A stretch of DNA of 64,000 bases, taken from Eledone cirrhosa. Its lineage: Eukaryota. The stretch covers positions 19,592,001 to 19,656,000 of the forward strand of contig OZ024754.1 in the NCBI GenBank assembly GCA_964016885.1, given 5' to 3'. Made by a program: the position numbers and the translations under genes. The notes under the pieces are model-generated. The model made no database searches. It was not told the DNA's origin and saw only the letters and a list, made by a program, of their open reading frames with translations. Every line of letters starts with the position of its first letter. Within the stretch, counting starts at the first letter, position 1. Of this stretch, positions 55,300 through 64,000 are shown piece by piece.

Positions 55300-58200
55300 G
55301 TCTCAGATCAAGTCACTTGCCAGACATGTACAACTGTGGCTAACATGACTCTTCCATGATATAGTTACTTTAGTTTGAACACAGTCTTAGATCAAGTCAC
55401 TTACCAGACATGTACAACTGAGGCTAAAATGACTCTTCAATGATATAGTTACTTTAGTTTCAACACAATCTCAGATAAAGTCACTTACCATACATGTACA
55501 ACTGTGGCTAGAATGACTCTTCCATGATATAGTTACTTTAGTTTCAACACAATATCAGATCAAGTCACTTGCCAGACATGTGCAACTGTGGCTAGAATGA
55601 CTCTTCCATGATATAGTTACTTTAGTTTCAACACAGTCTCAGATCAAGTCACTTGCCAGACATGTACAACTGTGGCTAAAATGACTCTTCCATGATATAG
55701 TTACTTTAGTTTCAATACATTCACAGATCAAGTCACTTGCCAGACATGTACAACTGTGGCTAAAATGACTATCCATGATATAGTTACTTTAGTTTCAACA
55801 CAGTCACAGATCAAGACACTTACCAGACATGTAAAACTGTAGCTAACATGACTCTTCCATGATATAGTTACTTTAGTTTCAACACAGTCTCAGATCAAGT
55901 CACTTCTCAGACATGTACAACTGTGGCTAAAATAACTTTTCCATGATAAAGTTAATTTAGTTTCAACACAGTTTCCGATAAAGTCACTTGCCAGACATGT
56001 ACAACTGTGGCTAAAATGACTTTTCCATGATATAGTTACTTTAGTTTCAACACAGTCACAAATCAAGTCACTTACCAGTGATGTACGACTGTGGCTAAAA
56101 TGACTCTTCCATGATATAGTTACTTCAGTTTCAACACAGTCACAGATCAAGACACTTACCAGACATGTAAAACTGTAGCTAACATGACTCTTCCATGATA
56201 TAGTTACTTTAGTTTCAACACAGTCTCAGATCAAGTGACTTTCCAGACATGTACAACTGTGGCTAAAATGACTCTTCCATGATATAGTTACTTTAGTTTC
56301 AACACAACCTCAGATCAAGTCACTTGCCAGACATCTACAATTGTGGCTAAAATGATTCTACCATGATATAGTTACTTTAGTTTCAACACAGTCACAAATC
56401 AAGTCACTTGCCAGACATGTACAACTGTGGCTAAAATGACTGTTCCATTATATAGTTACTTTAGTTTCAACACAATCTCAGATCAAGTCACTTGCCAGGG
56501 ATGTACAACTGTAACTAAAATGACTCTTCCATGATATAGTTACTTTAATTTCAACACAGTCACAGATCAAGTCACTTGCCAGACATGTACAACTGTGACT
56601 AAAATGATTCTTCCATGATATAGTTACTTTAGTTTCAAAACAATCTCAGATAAAGTCACTTGCCAGACATGTACAACTGTGGCTAAAATGACTCTTCCAT
56701 GATATAGTTACTTTAGTTTCAACACGATCTCAGATCAAGTCACTTACCAGACATGTACAACTGTGGCTAGAATGACTCTTCAATGATATAGTTACTTTAG
56801 TTTCAACACAATCTGAGATCAAGTCACTTGCTAGACATGTGCAACTGTGGCTAAAATGACTCCTCCATGATACAGTTACTTTAGTTTGAACACAGTCTTA
56901 GATCAAGTCACTGACCAGACATGTACGACTGTGGCTAAAATGACTCTTACATGATATAGTTACTTTAGTTTCAACACATTCACAGATCAAGTCACTTGCC
57001 AGACATGTACAACTGTGGCTAAAATGACTATCCATGATATAGTTACCTTAGTTTCAACACAGTCACAGATCAAGACACTTACCAGACATGCAAAACTGTA
57101 GCTAACATGACTCTTCCATGATATAGTTACTTTAGTTTGAACACAGTCTTAGATCAAGTCACTTGCCAGACATGTACAACTGTGGCTAAAATATCTCTTC
57201 CATGATATAGTTACTTTAGTTTCAACACAGTCTCAGATAAAGTCACTTGCCAGACATGTACAACTGTGGCTAAAATGACTGTTCCATGATATAGTTACTT
57301 TATTTTCAACACAGTCTCAGATCAAGTCACTTGCCAGACATGTACATCTGTGGCTAAAATGACTCTTCCATGATATAGTTACTTTAGTTTCAACACAGTC
57401 TCAGATAAAGTCCCTTGCCAGGCATCTACAACTGTGGCTAAAATGACTCTACCATGATATGGTTACTTTAGTTTCAACACAGTCTCAGATCAAGTCACTT
57501 GCCAGACATGTACAACTGTGGCTAACATGACTCTTCCATGATATAGTTACTTTAGTTTGAACACAGTCTTAGATCAAGTCACTTACCAGACATGTACAAC
57601 TGAGGCTAAAATGACTCTTCAATGATATAGTTACTTTAGTTTCAACACAATCTCAGATAAATTCACTTACCATACGTGTACAACTGTGGCTAGAATGACT
57701 CTTCCATGATATAGTTACTTTAGTTTCAACACAATATCAGATCAAGTCACTTGCCAGACATGTGCAACTGTGGCTAGAATGACTCTTCAATGATATAGTT
57801 ACTTTAGTTTCAACACAGTCTCAGATAAACTCACTTGCCAGACATGTACAACTGTGGCTAAAATGACTGTTCCATGATATAGTTACTTTAGTTTCAACAC
57901 AGTCTCAGATCAAGTCACTTGCCAGACATGTACAACTGTGACTAAATTGATTCTTCCATGATATAGTTACTTTAGTTTCAACACAATCTCAGATCAAGTC
58001 ACTTGCCAGACATGTACAACTGTGACTAAAATGACTCTTCCATGATATAGTTACTTTAGTTTCAACACAATCTCAGATCAAGTCACTTACCATACATGTA
58101 CAACTGTAGCTAACATGACTCTTCCATGATATAGATACTTTAGTTTCAACACATTCAAAGATCAAGTCACTTGCCAGACATGTACAACTGTGGCTAAAAT

Positions 58201-61200
58201 GACTCTTCCATGATATAGTTACTTTAGTTTCAACACAGTCACAAATGAAGTCACTTGTCAGACATCTACAACTGTGGCTAAAATGACTCTACCATGATAT
58301 AGTTACTTTAGTTTCAACACAGTCTCAGATCAAGACACTTACCAGACATGTACAACTGTAGCTAAAATGACTCTTCCATGATATAGTTACTTTAGTTTCA
58401 ACACAGTCTCAGATCAAGTCACTTGCCAGACATGTACAACTGTAGCTAAAATGAATCTTCCATGATATAGTCCTTTAGTTACAACACAGTCTCAGATCAA
58501 GTCACTTGTCAGACATGTACAACTGTGGCTTAAATCACTCTTCCATGATATAGTTACTTTAGTTTCAACACAGTCTTTGATCAAGTCACTTGCCAGACAT
58601 GTACAACTGTGGCTAAAATGACTCTTCCATGATATAGTTACTTTAGTTTCAACACAGTCTCAGATAAAGTCACTTGCCAGACATGTACAACTGTGGCTAA
58701 AATGACTGTTCCATGATATAGTTACTTTATTTTCAACACAGTCTCAGATCAAGTCACTTGCCAGACATGTACAACTGTGGCTAACATGACTCTTCCATGA
58801 TATAGTTACTTTAGTTTGAACACAGTCTTAGATCAAGTCACTTACCAGACATGTACAACTGAGGCTAAAATGACTCTTCAATGATATAGTTACTTTAGTT
58901 TCAACACAATCTCAGATAAAGTCACTTACCATACATGTACAACTGTGGCTAGAATGACTCTTCCATGATATAGTTACTTTAGTTTCAACACAATATCAAG
59001 TCACTTGCCAGACATGTGCAACTGTGGCTAGAATGACTCTTCCATGATATAGTTACTTTAGTTTCAACACAGTCTCAGATCAAGTCACTTGCCAGACATG
59101 TACAACTGTGGCTAAAATGACTCTTCCATGATATAGTTACTTTAGTTTCAATACATTCACAGATCAAGTCACTTGCCAGACATGTACAACTGTGGCTAAA
59201 ATGACTATCCATGATATAGTTACTTTAGTTTCAACACAGTCACAGATCAAGACACTTACCAGACATGTAAAACTGTAGCTAACATGACTCTTCCATGATA
59301 TAGTTACTTTAGTTTCAACACAGTCTCAGATCAAGTCACTTCTCAGACATGTACAACTGTGGCTAAAATAACTTTTCCATGATAAAGTTAATTTAGTTTC
59401 AACACAGTTTCCGATAAAGTCACTTGCCAGACATGTACAACTGTGGCTAAAATGACTTTTCCATGATATAGTTACTTTAGTTTCAACACAGTCACAAATC
59501 AAGTCACTTACCAGTGATGTACGACTGTGGCTAAAATGACTCTTCCATGATATAGTTACTTCAGTTTCAACACAGTCACAGATCAAGACACTTACCAGAC
59601 ATGTAAAACTGTAGCTAACATGACTCTTCCATGATATAGTTACTTTAGTTTCAACACAGTCTCAGATCAAGTGACTTTCCAGACATGTACAACTGTGGCT
59701 AAAATGACTCTTCCATGATATAGTTACTTTAGTTTCAACACAACCTCAGATCAAGTCACTTGCCAGACATCTACAATTGTGGCTAAAATGATTCTACCAT
59801 GATATAGTTACTTTAGTTTCAACACAGTCACAAATCAAGTCACTTGCCAGACATGTACAACTGTGGCTAAAATGACTGTTCCATTATATAGTTACTTTAG
59901 TTTCAACACAATCTCAGATCAAGTCACTTGCCAGGGATGTACAACTGTAACTAAAATGACTCTTCCATGATATAGTTACTTTAATTTCAACACAGTCACA
60001 GATCAAGTCACTTGCCAGACATGTACAACTGTGACTAAAATGATTCTTCCATGATATAGTTACTTTAGTTTCAAAACAATCTCAGATAAAGTCACTTGCC
60101 AGACATGTACAACTGTGGCTAAAATGACTCTTCCATGATATAGTTACTTTAGTTTCAACACGATCTCAGATCAAGTCACTTACCAGACATGTACAACTGT
60201 GGCTAGAATGACTCTTCAATGATATAGTTACTTTAGTTTCAACACAATCTGAGATCAAGTCACTTGCTAGACATGTGCAACTGTGGCTAAAATGACTCCT
60301 CCATGATACAGTTACTTTAGTTTGAACACAGTCTTAGATCAAGTCACTGACCAGACATGTACGACTGTGGCTAAAATGACTCTTACATGATATAGTTACT
60401 TTAGTTTCAACACATTCACAGATCAAGTCACTTGCCAGACATGTACAACTGTGGCTAAAATGACTATCCATGATATAGTTACCTTAGTTTCAACACAGTC
60501 ACAGATCAAGACACTTACCAGACATGCAAAACTGTAGCTAACATGACTCTTCCATGATATAGTTACTTTAGTTTGAACACAGTCTTAGATCAAGTCACTT
60601 GCCAGACATGTACAACTGTGGCTAAAATATCTCTTCCATGATATAGTTACTTTAGTTTCAACACAGTCTCAGATAAAGTCACTTGCCAGACATGTACAAC
60701 TGTGGCTAAAATGACTGTTCCATGATATAGTTACTTTATTTTCAACACAGTCTCAGATCAAGTCACTTGCCAGACATGTACATCTGTGGCTAAAATGACT
60801 CTTCCATGATATAGTTACTTTAGTTTCAACACAGTCTCAGATAAAGTCCCTTGCCAGGCATCTACAACTGTGGCTAAAATGACTCTACCATGATATGGTT
60901 ACTTTAGTTTCAACACAGTCTCAGATCAAGTCACTTGCCAGACATGTACAACTGTGGCTAACATGACTCTTCCATGATATAGTTACTTTAGTTTGAACAC
61001 AGTCTTAGATCAAGTCACTTACCAGACATGTACAACTGAGGCTAAAATGACTCTTCAATGATATAGTTACTTTAGTTTCAACACAATCTCAGATAAATTC
61101 ACTTACCATACGTGTACAACTGTGGCTAGAATGACTCTTCCATGATATAGTTACTTTAGTTTCAACACAATATCAGATCAAGTCACTTGCCAGACATGTG

Positions 61201-62100
61201 CAACTGTGGCTAGAATGACTCTTCAATGATATAGTTACTTTAGTTTCAACACAGTCTCAGATAAACTCACTTGCCAGACATGTACAACTGTGGCTAAAAT
61301 GACTGTTCCATGATATAGTTACTTTAGTTTCAACACAGTCTCAGATCAAGTCACTTGCCAGACATGTACAACTGTGACTAAATTGATTCTTCCATGATAT
61401 AGTTACTTTAGTTTCAACACAATCTCAGATCAAGTCACTTGCCAGACATGTACAACTGTGACTAAAATGACTCTTCCATGATATAGTTACTTTAGTTTCA
61501 ACACAATCTCAGATCAAGTCACTTACCATACATGTACAACTGTAGCTAACATGACTCTTCCATGATATAGATACTTTAGTTTCAACACAGTCACAAATGA
61601 AGTCACTTGTCAGACATCTACAACTGTGGCTAAAATGACTCTACCATGATATAGTTACTTTAGTTTCAACACAGTCACAAATGAAGTCACTTGTCAGACA
61701 TCTACAACTGTGGCTAAAATGACTCTACCATGATATAGTTACTTTAGTTTCAACACAGTCTCAGATCAAGACACTTACCAGACATGTACAACTGTAGCTA
61801 AAATGACTCTTCCATGATATAGTTACTTTAGTTTCAACACAGTCTCAGATCAAGTCACTTGCCAGACATGTACAACTGTAGCTAAAATGAATCTTCCATG
61901 ATATAGTCCTTTAGTTACAACACAGTCTCAGATCAAGTCACTTGTCAGACATGTACAACTGTGGCTTAAATCACTCTTCCATGATATAGTTACTTTAGTT
62001 TCAACACAGTCTTTGATCAAGTCACTTGCCAGACATGTACAACTGTGGCTAAAATGACTCTTCCATGATATAGTTACTTTAGTTTCAACACAGTCTCAGA
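55300..62100. repeat. Tandem duplication of 3436 bp (41 monomers), with related partial copies at ~52.6-53.8 kb and ~62.9-64.0 kb
   Basis: Private 1-bp deletion ATAGTCCTTTAGTTACAAC at ~58467/61903; ATAGATACTT at 58131/61567; identical ORF-track peptides at 55890/59326; GGATGTACAACTGTAACTAAAA at ~52891, 56499, 59935, 63209. Confidence 0.9.
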
Positions 62101-64000
62101 TCAAGTCACTTGCCAGACATGTACAACTGTTGCTAAAATGACTCTTCCATGATATAGTTACTTTAGTTTCAACACAGTCTCAGATCAAGTCACTTGTCAG
62201 ACATGTACAACAGTGGCTAAAATGACTCTTCCATGATATAGTTACTTTAGTTTGAACACAGTCTTAGATCAAGTCACTTGCCAGACATGTACAACTGTGG
62301 CTAAAATGACAGTTCCATGATATAGTTACTTTAGTTTCAACACAGTCTCAGATCAAGTCACTTGCCAGACATGTACAACTGTGACTAAATTGATTCTTCC
62401 ATGATATAGTTACTTTAGTTTCAACACAATCTCAGATCAAGTCACTTGCCAGACATGTACAACTGTGACTAAAATGACTCTTCCATGATATAGTTACTTT
62501 AGTTTCAACACAATCTCAGATCAAGTCACTTACCATACATGTACAACTGTAGCTAACATGACTCTTCCATGATATAGTTACTTTAGTTTCAACACAGTCT
62601 CAGATCAAGTCACTTACCAGACATGTACAACTGCTGCTAAAATGAATCTTCCATGATATAGTTACTTCAGATTCAACACAGTCTCAGATCAAGTCACTTG
62701 CCAGACATGTACAACTGTGGCTAAAATGACTCTTCCATGATATAGTTACTTTAGTTTCAACGCAGTCACAAATCAAGTCACTTACCATGGATGTACAACT
62801 GTGGCTAAAATGACTCTTCCATGATATAGTTACTTTAGTTTCAACATAGTCTCAGATCATGTCACTTGTCAGACATGTACAACTGTGGCTAAAATCACTC
62901 TTCCATGATATAGTTACTTTAGTTTGAACACAGTCTTAGATCAAGTGACTTTCCAGACATGTACAACTGTGGCTAAAATGACTCTTCCATGATATAGTTA
63001 CTTTAGTTTCAACACAAGCTCAGATCAAGTCACTTGCCAGACATCTACAATTGTGGCTAAAATGATTCTACCATGATATAGTTACTTTAGTTTCAACACA
63101 GTCACAGATCAAGTCACTTGCCAGACATGTACAACTCTGGCTAAAATGACTGTTCCATTATATAGTTACTTTAGTTTCAACACAATCTCAGATCAAGTCA
63201 CTTGCCAGGGATGTACAACTGTAACTAAAATGACTCTTCCATGATATAGTTACTTTAATTTCAACACAGTCACAGATCAAGTCACTTGCCAGACATGTAC
63301 AACTGTGACTAAAATGATTCTTCCATGATATAGTTACTTTAGTTTCAAAACAATCTCAGATAAAGTCACTTGCCAGACATGTACAACTGTGGCTAAAATG
63401 ACTCTTCCATGATATAGTTACTTTAGTTTCAACACGATCTCAGATCAAGTCACTTACCAGACATGTACAACTGTGGCTAGAATGACTCTTCAATGATATA
63501 GTTACTTTAGTTTCAACACAATCTGAGATCAAGTCACTTGCTAGACATGTGCAACTGTGGCTAAAATGACTCCTCCATGATACAGTTACTTTAGTTTGAA
63601 CACAGTCTTAGATCAAGTCACTGACCAGACATGTACGACTGTGGCTAAAATGACTCTTACATGATATAGTTACTTTAGTTTCAACACATTCACAGATCAA
63701 GTCACTTGCCAGACATGTACAACTGTGGCTAAAATGACTATCCATGATATAGTTACCTTAGTTTCAACACAGTCACAGATCAAGACACTTACCAGACATG
63801 CAAAACTGTAGCTAACATGACTCTTCCATGATATAGTTACTTTAGTTTGAACACAGTCTTAGATCAAGTCACTTGCCAGACATGTACAACTGTGGCTAAA
63901 ATATCTCTTCCATGATATAGTTACTTTAGTTTCAACACAGTCTCAGATAAAGTCACTTGCCAGACATGTACAACTGTGGCTAAAATGACTGTTCCATGAT

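Larger units (their letters stand above)
1..64000. repeat. 84-bp tandem satellite DNA array, about 760 monomers, head-to-tail, single orientation, running off both ends of the window
   Basis: The motif ATAGTTACTTTAGTTTCAACAC...TCTTCCATGAT recurs every 84 bp (83 bp for a recurrent variant) from base 1 to 64000. Monomers typically differ from consensus by a few substitutions. No unique sequence or inversion seen. Confidence 0.99.

Noticed and set aside
868-59586. Seven short minus-strand ORFs with 28-aa Cys/His-rich repeats (SHFSHSCTCLASDLICDCVETKVTISWK)
   Set aside because: They arise only where the consensus TGA happens to be TGT (or similar) in two adjacent monomers. Identical peptides simply track DNA duplications, and no domain is recognisable.
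1-64000. Giant repetitive protein under a TGA-readthrough code (three frames have a single TGA per consensus monomer)
   Set aside because: Recurrent 83-bp monomers frameshift the array every ~0.3-3.6 kb, TAA/TAG variants are common, and I see no sign of codon-position bias in the variants.
1-64000. CRISPR array or diversity cassette array
   Set aside because: There are no unique spacers: the whole 84 bp is homologous between units. No cas, recombinase or reverse transcriptase genes are present, and the variation is explained by duplication history.
1-64000. tRNA array, telomeric repeat, transposon insertion or strand inversion
   Set aside because: No cloverleaf or Pol III A/B boxes, no G-rich telomere motif, no non-satellite sequence and no reverse-oriented monomers were seen.

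Overview
All 64 kb is one uninterrupted, single-orientation, head-to-tail tandem array of an 84-bp monomer (about 760 copies). Consensus read by eye: ATAGTTACTTTAGTTTCAACACAGTCTCAGATCAAGTCACTTGCCAGACATGTACAACTGTGGCTAAAATGACTCTTCCATGAT (32/84 G+C, no CpG). This looks like eukaryotic satellite DNA, possibly centromeric or pericentromeric, but I do not recognise the family or species. I found no credible genes, RNA genes, transposons or CRISPR spacers, and the listed ORFs are by-products of the repeat. The informative structure lies in the monomer variants: nested recent duplications of 0.17-5.7 kb, sub-domains with different variant sets (a homogeneous core flanked by mutually related older sequence), a conserved 83+84-bp couplet, chimeric junction monomers, and a few indel scars. 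I see no evidence for a novel gene system. Offsets were measured by hand from marker variants, and block edges are approximate to about one monomer.
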